Part shown: positions 52,957-63,305 of the stretch, in pieces
How the letters are laid out: each line of letters starts with the position of its first letter
Position numbering within the stretch: position 1 is the first letter of the stretch
From: Candidatus Bathyarchaeota archaeon
GTDB taxonomy: Archaea; Thermoproteota; Bathyarchaeia; Bathyarchaeales; Bathycorpusculaceae
Direction of reading: 5' to 3'
DNA: 64,000 bases
NCBI GenBank assembly: GCA_963832745.1
Contig: CAWHVC010000005.1
Span: forward strand, 480,001 to 544,000
Translations under genes and position numbers: made by a program
Notes under the pieces: model-generated
What the model was told of the DNA's origin: nothing
Database searches by the model: none
What the model saw: only the letters and a program-made list of their open reading frames with translations

Positions 52957-53793
52957 ATGGCAGAGCGCATTGTTATTGTTAAAGATTTACAGTTCAGTTA
53001 CCCTGCAGGCGTAAACGCTTTGAAAGGCGTGTCCCTTGACATTCAACGGGGAGAAAAAGTAGCAATACTTGGCCCTAACGGTTCAGGCAAATCCACCCTA
53101 ATCCTCCTAATCGCGGGACTACTTACTCCCAACAGTGGCAAAATAACAGTTTTCAGCTTAGACACCACCGCAAAAGACTTCCACAAGCTGCGTTCACGAA
53201 TCGGCTTGGTATTTCAAGACCCCGACGACCAACTTTTCACTCCAAGCGTAATTGAAGACATAGAGTATGGCCCAAAAAACCTCAAGTTGCCCGAAGAAGA
53301 AATCAAGCAAAGAAGCAGCCACGTTTTGGGTATGATGGGCATTCAGCACCTAAAAGACCGCCCACCGCACAGGCTAAGTTTTGGAGAAAAAAAGAAAGTT
53401 TCTCTTGCCACAGCGTTGATTTTAAAGCCGGAACTTTTGATTTTGGATGAACCCACAGCAAACTTGGACCTTGTCTCTCGGAGAGGCTTAATTCACACTT
53501 TAAACGAGTTAAACAAGCAAGGAACCACCATCATTGTTTCAACACATGATGTGGAAGCGTTACCGGAGCTTGCTGACAGAATAATCTTGATAAGCCATGG
53601 CAAACTGGTAGGTGAAGGCGAAACACACCAAGTTTTGCAAAACGACCAGTTGCTAGAAGCTTCAGGACTGGAAGCACCCACCGTAGCAAGAGTTTTTGAG
53701 GAACTAAAAACCGATGGAACAATAAGCCAAGTGCCGATAACTGCTGAGGAAGGAAAAGCAGCACTCAAAAAACTTCTAAACAAGCAACCTTAA
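52957..53793 (+). CDS. cbiO: ECF ATPase CbiO/NikO
   Basis: GPNGSGKST, FQDPDDQLF, LSFGEKK, LDEPTANLD, STHD. Confidence 0.94.
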   Translation: MAERIVIVKDLQFSYPAGVNALKGVSLDIQRGEKVAILGPNGSGKSTLILLIAGLLTPNSGKITVFSLDTTAKDFHKLRSRIGLVFQDPDDQLFTPSVIEDIEYGPKNLKLPEEEIKQRSSHVLGMMGIQHLKDRPPHRLSFGEKKKVSLATALILKPELLILDEPTANLDLVSRRGLIHTLNELNKQGTTIIVSTHDVEALPELADRIILISHGKLVGEGETHQVLQNDQLLEASGLEAPTVARVFEELKTDGTISQVPITAEEGKAALKKLLNKQP

Positions 53794-53974
53794 CCATTTA
53801 CAAGCCCATTTGCAGTCTATCAAGACGCCAAATACTAACTGTATGCTGTAGCTATATGGAAAAAGTTTTAATCGTTTTGATTTAGGGCAAAAAAAGACGT
53901 GAGTTGTGGCAAAATTTGAGTTGCTATTTCGGTGTAACTGAAAAAAAAATAAAAAAGGGTTTTTGGTGGAGCGT

Positions 53975-54268
53975 TTAATCTATTTTCCATATGCGTATGC
54001 GGACGTAGTTCCAATACTGATAAGATTCGCCTCTAAATAGAGTAACATTGTTAGCTGTGTACTCAACACAAACCAAACCATTCCCAGCACCTGTCTTTAG
54101 TAAAAACACGTCAGCGCTGCTGTGGGTACCAGTAGAATAAGAGATGCCTGCTATGGCAAAGCAGCCATCACTATTCGCTACAAAACACTGGCCATAGTCG
54201 GGGCCTCTTTCGCCATACCATTTACTCCACAACTCTGTACCATCAGAATCGGTCTTTACCAAAAACAC
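53975..54268 (-). pseudogene. C-terminal fragment of a repeat-containing surface protein
   Basis: FLVKTDSDGTELWSKWYG...DVFLLKT repeat unit with no signal peptide or N-terminal part. Confidence 0.55.
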
Positions 54269-54319
54269 ATCAATAACACCATGAAAACAAACTAATAAAT
54301 TGCCTTCAAGTTAAAGAAA

Positions 54320-54346
54320 CCTTGGCCAACTATAAGTTAGCCAAGG
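54320..54346. terminator. Inverted repeat (terminator- or operator-like)
   Basis: ccttggccaac-tataa-gttagccaagg. Confidence 0.4.
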
Positions 54347-54394
54347 AAGAGCGAAAGTTGTTTTTATCTTAACTCGCTGCGAAATGCTGGAAAA

Positions 54395-54940
54395 TTATTG
54401 GTAAACAATGTGGTAGGTTTCGCCAAACCGCTCATATTGCAAAGTGAAGGAAGTGGCAGAACTGGGAACTTGGAATACAAGCGTACCTGTGTAAGAGCCA
54501 CCATCTAGAATGTTGATGGTGTTCCAGTTGCCATAGGAATAAGTTTCTAAATCGTAACTGTATTCTATGTTATTAATGACAACTGAGAAGTAAAATGGGT
54601 TTGCACTAAACTCTTCATAACCCTTGTTATTGATTGTCATGTTAATTACAAGCCAAACATTACCAGCGTCAGGGGTGTCTGTTAAGCCGTATTTATCAAC
54701 TAACGAATTGGAGGTTACTCCTTCATACTGTATTGTTATAGTTGCTACAGAAGGGGGTGATGAGGGTGTGGGTGTTGGTTGTTCTCCTGGATGGGTCGAG
54801 GGTTGATTATTATTTGACGGAGGGGTAACTTCGCTTGCTGGATGCACCGGAAAAAGTATTACACTAGCCCATATCACAGCCAAACTTGCAACCACTAGAG
54901 TTACAATGATTATCAAGGCAATACCATAAGCCCTTTTCAT
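54395..54940 (-). CDS. DUF4352-like membrane-anchored Ig-fold protein
   Basis: N-terminal TM, P/S/T linker, WLVINMTINNKG...GTLVFQVP. Confidence 0.78.
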   Translation of the reverse strand: MKRAYGIALIIIVTLVVASLAVIWASVILFPVHPASEVTPPSNNNQPSTHPGEQPTPTPSSPPSVATITIQYEGVTSNSLVDKYGLTDTPDAGNVWLVINMTINNKGYEEFSANPFYFSVVINNIEYSYDLETYSYGNWNTINILDGGSYTGTLVFQVPSSATSFTLQYERFGETYHIVYQ

Positions 54941-55174
54941 TCAAATTCACCTCCCGACCTAAAGGTCCATATAAAATAACCAATTTTTAGTTGGAAGTTC
55001 AATGAATGTATACGAATAGAAGGTTCTATGTTAAAGATAATTTTTTTGATTGTATATCCAGAATTTTGTAAAAAAAAATAAAAAACGGCTTCATGCGATG
55101 CTATTTAACGGTTCAATACAAAAACCTTAGAGGCGGCTGTAAAGCCAAAAAACCCAAAATATGCAAATACTTGC

Positions 55175-55381
55175 TTACTTTTTCGCAACTTGAGTAAACA
55201 TGACTTCTTCAGACAGAGCTCTCTCCATAAGATTCTGAATTGCGTTTGTTGTATTGCCTTTAAAATATGGTTTCACAATGCGTTCAGCAAATTCCGTAAG
55301 CAAACCAACAGAGAAGTCGTGAAAGATTAAGTCCACATGCAGGTCTTCTTTGAGGGCGATTTGGGTTTGTGTTTTAGTCAT
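55175..55381 (-). CDS. Small RHH-like hypothetical protein
   Basis: VDLIFHDF strand then LLTEFAERIVKPYF and TTNAIQNLMERAL helices. Confidence 0.55.
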   Translation of the reverse strand: MTKTQTQIALKEDLHVDLIFHDFSVGLLTEFAERIVKPYFKGNTTNAIQNLMERALSEEVMFTQVAKK

Positions 55382-55599
55382 GATTGTCACAAAAGGGCAT
55401 TTTGACGATTTGTAAATAAAAACTGGATGTTGAAACAACCATCAGTGTAAGGGGAGGGGTCAGTGAAAGTAATCAAAAGTTTGTATTTTTGAAGCATAAA
55501 AGGCAACTATTAGTCACATAAAAGCTAAGCCGTTCTGAGGAAAAGTGAGAAAGTAAATGTTTTATTCTCTAAAAGTATTCATTATTTTAAGGATAACCC

Positions 55600-57153
55600 G
55601 TGGATAATTCTTCTTCTGGCGAGAAAACTCAACCAGAGAACTTCTTCCCAAATGAAGATTTTAATAAAACTCTGGAAAGAATAAATAAAAATAAACAAAA
55701 AATTGCTTATGACATACTGGAAAGTATTGACGATTACATTATGGCTTTTGACAGAAACTGGAACATACTTTATTCAAACAAAAAAAATTCAAGCGATTTA
55801 GGATACAAACCTGAAGACCTTTTAGGCAAAAACTGGTGGACAACTTTTCCAAAATTCATCGGAACCGAAGTTGAAAAAGTTTACTTAGAAGTCATGAATA
55901 AACGGCAGATAAAGAGTTTTGAATGGAAAACAATTTACGCAAACACTGGCTGGCGAGAATTCAAAGTATTCCCTTCAGCTGAAGGGATAACAGTTTACGG
56001 GGTAGACATAACTAGACGTAAAAGTCTTCAGCTACAACTAGAAAATTACGCTAAAAACCTTGAAAAGCTTGTGGAGGAACGCACAAAAAAGGTTTTAGAA
56101 GGCGAACAAAGTTACAGGGAACTGTATGAAAGTTTCGGAGAAGCATTCATAGCAACTGATTGGGAACTAAACGTTATACATTGGAACAAAGCCGCCGAAA
56201 CAGTCACAACCATCACAGCGAAAGACGCTTTGGGAAAAAAGATTTACGAGGTACTCCCAGAAATGACAACAGTTGACATAACGCCATTTTTTGAACAATT
56301 AAAAAACAAAAAACCCGCCCGTTTCATGATGAATACAATCAGCAGACAAACCGGACATCCAGCCATTTTTGAAATCTCCACCTACCCATCAACCCTTGGA
56401 ATCATAATTATTGTGGAAGACAAAACGGTTGAAGAAGAAACGAAAAGGTTATCAGCTATAGGCCAAACCGCGGGAATGGTTGGACACGACATCCGCAATC
56501 CCCTGCAGTCAATTGTAGCTTCAATGTTCTTGATAAAAAATGATTTAGAAACCTTACCAGAAAGTCCAGAAAAAAGTGAAGTGGTAAACGAGTTAAGGTC
56601 TATTCAGGAGCAAATAAATTACGTCGACAAAATTGTTTCAGACCTTCAAGATTTCGCAAAACCACTAAGGCCTGAACTTGTAGAAGTGGACCTAAAACGG
56701 TTAATTACAAGTTCCCTGTCAACACTAAATGTTCCAGAAAACGTTAAAGCTTCAGCTTATTTCACCGAAAAAATGCCTAAATTTCAGACAGACCCAACCA
56801 TGCTGAAACGTATCCTGTTAAACTTAGCGACCAACGCTATACAAGCCATGCCCGAAGGCGGCAAATTAACCATTCACGCAAACCAAGAGCAAAAAACAGG
56901 CAACATAAAAATAACCGTTGAAGACACAGGCATAGGCATTTCTAAAGCTATGCAGGAGAAACTGTTTACGCCGTTAATTACGACTAAAGCGAAAGGTCAA
57001 GGGTTAGGTTTAGCTGTTGTTAAACGGTTAATTGAAGCCTTAGGCGGGTCATTAACGTTTGAAAGTCAAGAAGGCAAAGGAACCCAATTCACGATTCAAC
57101 TGCCAACCACAAACGGAAAACACATAAACAGTTTACCCTTCAAAAAAGATTAA
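55600..57153 (+). CDS. PAS-domain sensor histidine kinase
   Basis: Two PAS domains; GHDIRNPL, NLATNA, DTGIGI, GQGLGL. Confidence 0.93.
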   Translation: MDNSSSGEKTQPENFFPNEDFNKTLERINKNKQKIAYDILESIDDYIMAFDRNWNILYSNKKNSSDLGYKPEDLLGKNWWTTFPKFIGTEVEKVYLEVMNKRQIKSFEWKTIYANTGWREFKVFPSAEGITVYGVDITRRKSLQLQLENYAKNLEKLVEERTKKVLEGEQSYRELYESFGEAFIATDWELNVIHWNKAAETVTTITAKDALGKKIYEVLPEMTTVDITPFFEQLKNKKPARFMMNTISRQTGHPAIFEISTYPSTLGIIIIVEDKTVEEETKRLSAIGQTAGMVGHDIRNPLQSIVASMFLIKNDLETLPESPEKSEVVNELRSIQEQINYVDKIVSDLQDFAKPLRPELVEVDLKRLITSSLSTLNVPENVKASAYFTEKMPKFQTDPTMLKRILLNLATNAIQAMPEGGKLTIHANQEQKTGNIKITVEDTGIGISKAMQEKLFTPLITTKAKGQGLGLAVVKRLIEALGGSLTFESQEGKGTQFTIQLPTTNGKHINSLPFKKD

Positions 57154-57219
57154 ACAAAAAAATGCTTTCAAAACTGTTTATATACACCTAAAACTTCGAT
57201 TTATTTAGAGGTAAAGTTT

Positions 57220-57519
57220 TTGTCAACTTATCTATCAGCTCTGCAAGCAGTTGTTCCAGCTGACCCTACCCAGATTTTATGGTTACTCATAGTTTTGCTA
57301 ATTATCGGTTTAATCGCAATTGTCGTCTTGGGCTTCCTATTCGCCTTCCCCATAGCGGTAGTTGCAGCCATAGCAGCCTGGTTCTTTACAGGCGGAGACC
57401 TATTCTTGTCAGGTCTAACTTTTCTGATTACCGCATTTATAACCGCAGCCGTAGGCAGACTCTGGCATACAGCCAAACATCAACAGCAAGAAAACGAATA
57501 CGTCCATAACGAGCATTAA
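57220..57519 (+). CDS. Small membrane protein
   Basis: RBS gaggt; three hydrophobic segments. Confidence 0.6.
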   Translation: MSTYLSALQAVVPADPTQILWLLIVLLIIGLIAIVVLGFLFAFPIAVVAAIAAWFFTGGDLFLSGLTFLITAFITAAVGRLWHTAKHQQQENEYVHNEH

Positions 57520-57586
57520 CAACAATCAAAAAGCAAAATCAAACCTATGAAAGAATAAAACAAAAAATAAGTTAAAATGGGAAAGG

Positions 57587-58450
57587 TTAGGCTTTTGGCG
57601 CGGTTTTTTCTACTGCGCTGTTTAAGCTGCTCATTTCTGCGTTGGCTTTGCGGATGAGGTCGCCGATGGTTTCTTTTGTTGGGATTGCTGCGCTGACTGA
57701 CAATGCGACTGCTTTTTGGTGTGCTCTTTGTAGCAATGGTTTGATTGTGTCTTTGCTTGCATAACCGATTTCGAGTGCTAACGCGAATGCTTCTTGGTTG
57801 CTTGTTTCAACACTCTTTTTAGTTGCTGCTACGTCAACGACAAGTTGGTTACCAGTAATGATTAAGCCGTTATCATAAACTGCACGCATGGATATGCCTA
57901 ATTCTACGGCTTTTATGCCGAGTTTTGAGAGGACACCTGCAAGGCGTTCGTTGATTGCTTCGCCTCTGCGAACGACAAGAGTGTCTTTGCTTACCCAGAC
58001 GCTGCCGTTTTCGATTCTTGTTGGCAAACCTACAGCGTTTAGTTGGCTGATGACTGGTCCTGGTGGTTGACCTGTGTTGCTTTGTGGAATAACAACGTCC
58101 ATTGCGGCGATGTCGTTTGCTTTAGCGAAGGTTTTGATTTTGCCTTTTTCAAGTAATAGTGCTAGTTTGAAAGGGTTTAAGTTGGTGAACAGGTAAACGT
58201 TTGGTCCTTCAAGGTATTCTTCAAGTGGTCTTAGTTCTTCTTGCTTCATTTCTTCAAGGGCAAGCTTTACCAGCGTGTTCTTTAGAACTCTAAAGGTAAC
58301 TTGGCCCTTCATGCTCTTTTTGAGTTCTTGTAGTTGTGAAGCTCGAACCTTCTGTAAACTGGCGATGCCGATTGACTTGCAATCCTTCAGTACATCGATT
58401 ATTTCTTCTACTTCATTTGATTTTTGTTGTAACACTTGTTGTGACGGCAT
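57587..58450 (-). CDS. rpl10: 50S ribosomal protein L10 (uL10/P0)
   Basis: RVLKNTL, NPFKL, NTGQPPGP, GLPTRIENG; operon context. Confidence 0.95.
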   Translation of the reverse strand: MPSQQVLQQKSNEVEEIIDVLKDCKSIGIASLQKVRASQLQELKKSMKGQVTFRVLKNTLVKLALEEMKQEELRPLEEYLEGPNVYLFTNLNPFKLALLLEKGKIKTFAKANDIAAMDVVIPQSNTGQPPGPVISQLNAVGLPTRIENGSVWVSKDTLVVRRGEAINERLAGVLSKLGIKAVELGISMRAVYDNGLIITGNQLVVDVAATKKSVETSNQEAFALALEIGYASKDTIKPLLQRAHQKAVALSVSAAIPTKETIGDLIRKANAEMSSLNSAVEKTAPKA

Positions 58451-58465
58451 GTTTGTTTTCCTCAG

Positions 58466-59116
58466 TTATGGTTTAATCTTAACAGGTTCGCCCATGGATG
58501 TCTTAACGAACACGTACTTAACGTTCTTAAGGCCACGTTTAAGTTTTCCATCCAAGACACGAAGGATAGCTTGAGCATTTTCAACAAGCTCTTCATCATT
58601 CATTTGTTCGGTGCCAAAAGAAACCTGAATTATCGGTTGAGTACGCATGCGAACAACAACCGTTTTGCGGTTTCTTGCAAGAATCGCGGTGATGTCAGCG
58701 TTTGGTGGAACTGGAATTGGCATTTTGCCTCTTGGACCCAAAACTGGACCCAAAATTCTGCCGACCAAAGGCATCAATGGTGCCTCAGAAATGAATATGT
58801 CATAATCTGTCGCTAACTTGCGTAATTCCTTCTTTTTACCTGCTAACCCTTCAAGGTCAGCTTTTTCTAAAACGAAATCAGCTTGAGCATTGCGTGCTTT
58901 GAGCGCAAACTCGCCAGAAGCAACAACACAGACCTTGTTTGGCTTGCCAGTTGGCTTAGGAAGCTCTACAACCTCCTGGATTTTACCTTCTGGGGCTTTC
59001 ATGTCAATTTCTTGAATGTCCAGGATCATGTCTACTGACTGGTTGAATTTCTTTCCGCCAGACTTCGTCTTTGCCTGTTTTACTGCTTCTAATATTGTCT
59101 TGTTATCTAAGGGCAT
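58466..59116 (-). CDS. rpl1: 50S ribosomal protein L1
   Basis: FNQSVD, LGPVLGPRGKMP, KTSMG. Confidence 0.96.
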   Translation of the reverse strand: MPLDNKTILEAVKQAKTKSGGKKFNQSVDMILDIQEIDMKAPEGKIQEVVELPKPTGKPNKVCVVASGEFALKARNAQADFVLEKADLEGLAGKKKELRKLATDYDIFISEAPLMPLVGRILGPVLGPRGKMPIPVPPNADITAILARNRKTVVVRMRTQPIIQVSFGTEQMNDEELVENAQAILRVLDGKLKRGLKNVKYVFVKTSMGEPVKIKP

Positions 59117-59174
59117 TTTTAAGCCTCGAACCAATGAGGGATTGGAACCCAATTATAAAAATATTCGCCTAACA

Positions 59175-59663
59175 TTATTGGCTACCAAATAGCTGTTCAT
59201 ATGTGCCAGCATCAATATCCTTCTGTATGTCACGTGGATCTTTGCCTTCAACAGTTACACCTATACTGACACAGGTGCCAAGCAACTCTTTAGTAGCATC
59301 TTTAGTGGTTGTTGCTAACAGTTGTGGAGCCTTAATTTTTGCGATGCGAATCACTTGCTCCATGGATAGGTCGCCAACTTTAACGGTGTTGGGTGTACCT
59401 GAGCCTTTCTCGATTTTTAATTCAGCAACAATTAATGCGGATGCTGTTGGAGTACCAACGGTTACTTCGAAGGTTTTGTCTTCAGTGTCAACACTCACCT
59501 TAACTGGAACTTTCATTCCAGCGTATTCTTTTGTGACTTCGTTGATTTTGTTTACTACAGCCACGATGTTGACGCCTAATGGGCCAAGAGCTGGACCAAG
59601 TGGAGGACCTGCGTTAGCTTGACCGCCGCTGACGATTAATTCTACAACTTTTTTGTCTGCCAT
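59175..59663 (-). CDS. rpl11: 50S ribosomal protein L11
   Basis: GGQANAGPPLGPALGPLG, GTCVSIGV. Confidence 0.97.
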   Translation of the reverse strand: MADKKVVELIVSGGQANAGPPLGPALGPLGVNIVAVVNKINEVTKEYAGMKVPVKVSVDTEDKTFEVTVGTPTASALIVAELKIEKGSGTPNTVKVGDLSMEQVIRIAKIKAPQLLATTTKDATKELLGTCVSIGVTVEGKDPRDIQKDIDAGTYEQLFGSQ

Positions 59664-59674
59664 TTTGTTTCACC

Positions 59675-60142
59675 TTATGCTTTTGTTACCAGTTTTACAT
59701 AGTCTGAATGTACTGTGATTGGCAAAGTGAATGTTGCCTCGAGAAGCTCAAGGGTAACTTCGCCTTTAGACTTGTCAAGTCGAGTGATTTTTGCACGCAT
59801 ACCTTTGAATGGGCCACCAGTGATTTCTACGACATCATCTTCGCCAAGGTCTTCCATAACTGGTTTACGTACAATATAACGTTCAATTTCGCTAAAGCTG
59901 ACTAAACCGGGAATGCGGGAACGTACATGCCTGACGCCTGCGATGGCTTCTTCTACAAGGTGGGGTCCATCTGCTTCGATGAACACATAACCTTTTAATG
60001 TGTCAGGTATTAGAAGAGCTTTCAATGGAATCTGTGTCATTTCAACTTTTGCAGTGATTAATCTTGCAACGTTACGTTCTTGTCCAGTGGTTGTTTTAAC
60101 CACAAAAATCTTGGTTGGTTGCTGCTCTTCTTTTTTCTGCAT
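59675..60142 (-). CDS. spt5: Transcription elongation factor Spt5 (NusG)
   Basis: TTGQE, KGYVFIEA, KOW VEITGGPFKG. Confidence 0.96.
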   Translation of the reverse strand: MQKKEEQQPTKIFVVKTTTGQERNVARLITAKVEMTQIPLKALLIPDTLKGYVFIEADGPHLVEEAIAGVRHVRSRIPGLVSFSEIERYIVRKPVMEDLGEDDVVEITGGPFKGMRAKITRLDKSKGEVTLELLEATFTLPITVHSDYVKLVTKA

Positions 60143-60156
60143 CTAAAAAATCCCCG

Positions 60157-60330
60157 TTAAGCTGTTGCTCCTAATGCATTGGCAATGTACCGTATAGCAA
60201 AACCAATTATGCCTATTGCGCCGATGCCTAAGATGCTAATTTTTATTGAGAGCCAAAGCTCTTCACGTCCAGGTTTCACTGCCAACTTTAAAGTTCTTGC
60301 GCATTGTGCTAGGAATGACTTTATACCCAT
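60157..60330 (-). CDS. secE: Protein translocase subunit SecE (Sec61 gamma)
   Basis: RTLKLAVKPGREE...GIGAIGIIGFAI; upstream of spt5. Confidence 0.9.
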   Translation of the reverse strand: MGIKSFLAQCARTLKLAVKPGREELWLSIKISILGIGAIGIIGFAIRYIANALGATA

Positions 60331-60436
60331 TTTTACCGCACACTCATGATTTCTTTCTGGAATAATAAATGTTGCTGTAACTTTTAAGAGTTGAAACCTT
60401 AACAGCACTTAGATTATTAAACTTTCAGGTTTAAAG

Positions 60437-61264
60437 TTAAATTTTGCGGTAAGCAAGCCCAGCCTTGTCCAAAGCCGAGATTAAACCCGGTTTTTCCTCA
60501 CTTTTTATGCCTCGCCAATCCAGCAACGCCTCTGAAACTTGTTCTAGACTGCGTTCAACACACTGTTTGAGCATTGGCAAGTCCATGTTGGCAACAGCAT
60601 ATTTTGGAATTATGTGACCAAAAACTGCTTCTCCATCTAGGGCCATTTGGGTAAATTTTTTGTTGTAATGGGTTCCCCCGATTCCGATGACAGCTTTTTC
60701 GGCGGGTTTGGGTTCAAAGTTTTCTATTGCAGAAATTGCAGCGTGGGCAACGGCGCTAGCTGCTTTGGAATCATTCCACTGGGGCGGAGAACTACCTAAT
60801 TCCACGAACATCGTTGGCACCTTCAGTGATGGACCATGATGAGTAGCTTCAAAAGACACTTCATAATCAAGACAAAGATCCTGTTGATAGTGCTTGAGCG
60901 ATTTTAATGCATCTCTCATAGCTGTACCTGCAGAAACAGAAAGCTTTCGGGGCAGGCCGCCCAATTCGGCTTCTGCAAAGTTTCCCGGCGTATGCACAGT
61001 TAATGTTGGAGTTTCGCTTTGGCTGCTGTGGCGAGAAATAAAAACTATAAGTTTAGCGTTGGGAAAGCTTGCTGGAAGATTTTGTGCGTTGACTTCTTTC
61101 TCGTTAAGCGTTATGAAGGTAATTGGTTTTTTGTTTATGTTGGCATTGTAAACTGGGTTTTCTTGGAAGATTTTTTGGGTTTTTTGAAAGGGATAATGTT
61201 GAAGGATTTGCTTTGCAATGTTTAAGCTTGCAGGGTCTTTGTTTGAGGAAACCAGCAAAATCAT
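60437..61264 (-). CDS. dtdA: D-aminoacyl-tRNA deacylase (archaeal DTD2)
   Basis: SRHSS, LTVHTPGN, EATHHGP, FVELGS, GIGGTHY, GHIIPKY. Confidence 0.93.
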   Translation of the reverse strand: MILLVSSNKDPASLNIAKQILQHYPFQKTQKIFQENPVYNANINKKPITFITLNEKEVNAQNLPASFPNAKLIVFISRHSSQSETPTLTVHTPGNFAEAELGGLPRKLSVSAGTAMRDALKSLKHYQQDLCLDYEVSFEATHHGPSLKVPTMFVELGSSPPQWNDSKAASAVAHAAISAIENFEPKPAEKAVIGIGGTHYNKKFTQMALDGEAVFGHIIPKYAVANMDLPMLKQCVERSLEQVSEALLDWRGIKSEEKPGLISALDKAGLAYRKI

Positions 61265-61448
61265 GCTTTATCAATGGATGATGCAGGTTTTTACAATAAA
61301 AAGGTTCCATAAGTTTTAAGATTTTTAATTCCTAAAATAAAAAAAGCCCCGATTACTTTAGCTTAAAGCTGATTTACAGGAAAAAACTGCGGCAAAACCC
61401 TTATAATTGCTAAACTGATTACGCAGATACGGTATAGAAGGCTAAAGG

Positions 61449-62365
61449 ATGCATTTACTCAACTTTAAAGAATTACCAGATCAAGAACTAACACAACTTG
61501 TCGACACAGCAATAGAAATCAAGCATTACCCACAAAAATACGCCAAAACCTTAGAAGGCAAAACCGCCGCTTTAGTTTTCCAAAAAACCTCCACACGTAC
61601 ACGTGTCTCGTTTGAAGTTGCAATGACACAACTTGGAGGTCACGGCTTATTTATGGATTGGAGAGCCACCAACTTTACAATGGCAGACCTCACCGACGAA
61701 ATGGGGTACCTGTCACGTAACGTTGACTGCATCATGGCAAGGCTACTTACAATTCGGACTTAAATAAGATGGCAAAATCTAGCCGCGTACCCGTCATTAA
61801 CGGATGTGACGAAAAATATCATCCAAGCCAAGCCATAGCTGACCTTATCACGATGAAAGAGAAAGAAAGGCAAGCTGCAAGGCACAAAACTGGTTTACGT
61901 GGGCGTCCACAACAACGTCGACTAATTCACTTATTGAAGCCTGCACTAAAACATGGCGCAAAAATCACTACCGTCTGTCCACTATTTCAATGAAGCCTCA
62001 AGAGATGACGAATTGCTAAAAGAAGCCAGAAAAAACTGGGCTTTGGGAATCCAGCATTGGACCTGAAAAAGGCGGTTTCTGACGCGGATTTCGTGTATAC
62101 TGACACTTGGGTTGACATGGAGTTTTTCACTGACCCTAAATATGAGGCGGAAAAGGAGAAGCGAATTAAACTAATGATGCCCTACCAAATCAACCTAGAT
62201 CTGCTTAAAGGCACAAGTGCGTACGTGATGCATGATATGCCGATTCACCGCGGCTACGAAATCACCACAGACGCCATCGAAAACCCAAAAAGCGTCATTT
62301 ACGAGCAAGCAGAAAACAGGCTATACTCAGCCAAAGCAATACTGCTCAAACTGATAGGAGCCTAA
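61449..62365 (+). CDS. argF: Ornithine carbamoyltransferase, split by several frameshifts (sequencing errors or pseudogene)
   Basis: FQKTSTRTR, HPSQAIAD, YTDTWVDM, MHDMP, EQAENR across three ORF pieces. Confidence 0.82.
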
Positions 62366-62496
62366 AAACCCGTTCCAATTTTTGTTTTAGCAACAAACCT
62401 GCTTTTTGCAGGGTTTTTGATGCTTTTGTCGTTTTTGAATAAGGCTTATTAGCCCTGTCTGGTTCGAGTTTACTTAAGTGCGCTCGGAGGATTAAG

Positions 62497-63189
62497 ATGG
62501 CAAACATTCGAAAGTTTAGTTTAGTTTTAGTGGGGATTCTACTTGCCAGTGGTTTATTGTTGTCATTTAATGTTCATGCCGAGCCTTCAGTTGACCCGCC
62601 GCCTTTCCCAACTTTTACCGTTAGTCTGGTGGACTTCTCCTATGATGTACCAGCTGTAACAAACCCTTATAACGGCAATATTACGACTCCAGCTCATAAT
62701 GTTACAGAATATCAGTTAGAGCTCAAAATTAAAAATGTTCATGTTCCCTACAAGGAAGTATACTATAACATACAAACCAAAGGTTTCTATGGGGATATAT
62801 GGACAAGCCACTCACGAAATAGGGCATCTGATTCAGAGTACACTATGGTTCACCTTTCTGCAGAGTATAGTGTTGGTGATAAAATAGATATTCAAGTGCA
62901 GACGGAAATTGTGTACCAATATGAACAAGCTCCAATCTTGCCTAATCATGATTCGACCTTTTTAACTGGCTACCAAAAAGGCAGTTGGAGCCCAACTCAA
63001 ACTTTCACAATGCCAGACACATCCACAGTGTTCGCAACGTCAACGCCCAATAGTATCGAGTCAGCAGAACTAATAATCGGCACAGAGCTAATAGTTGGCA
63101 TTATAGCCCTAACAATTAGCGTTCTAATCGTCGCAGTCATAATAAAGAAAAAAACAACCCCAAACCAAACAAAGAATCAGACGGGTTAA
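62497..63189 (+). CDS. Secreted, membrane-anchored hypothetical protein
   Basis: RBS ggagg; signal peptide; WSPTQTFT; C-terminal TM and KKK. Confidence 0.75.
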   Translation: MANIRKFSLVLVGILLASGLLLSFNVHAEPSVDPPPFPTFTVSLVDFSYDVPAVTNPYNGNITTPAHNVTEYQLELKIKNVHVPYKEVYYNIQTKGFYGDIWTSHSRNRASDSEYTMVHLSAEYSVGDKIDIQVQTEIVYQYEQAPILPNHDSTFLTGYQKGSWSPTQTFTMPDTSTVFATSTPNSIESAELIIGTELIVGIIALTISVLIVAVIIKKKTTPNQTKNQTG

Positions 63190-63305
63190 GCAAGGACCTA
63201 TTTGGATCCTATTAGGATGCTATTAGTGGTTATATGTTGAAACCTATTAGGGGGTAGGTGCTAATGACTGAAAAACCACATCATTAGTATGTTGAAAATC
63301 AGTAG
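63189..63305 (+). repeat. Dispersed intergenic repeat, copy 4
   Basis: cctatttggat|cctattaggat|gctattagtgg...tgaaacctattagggggtaggtgctaatg...agtatgttgaaaatcagtag. Confidence 0.85.

Noticed and set aside
62455-62495. ggttcgagt as a tRNA T-arm
   Set aside because: No cloverleaf or acceptor stem around it; no tRNA was recognised anywhere in the window.
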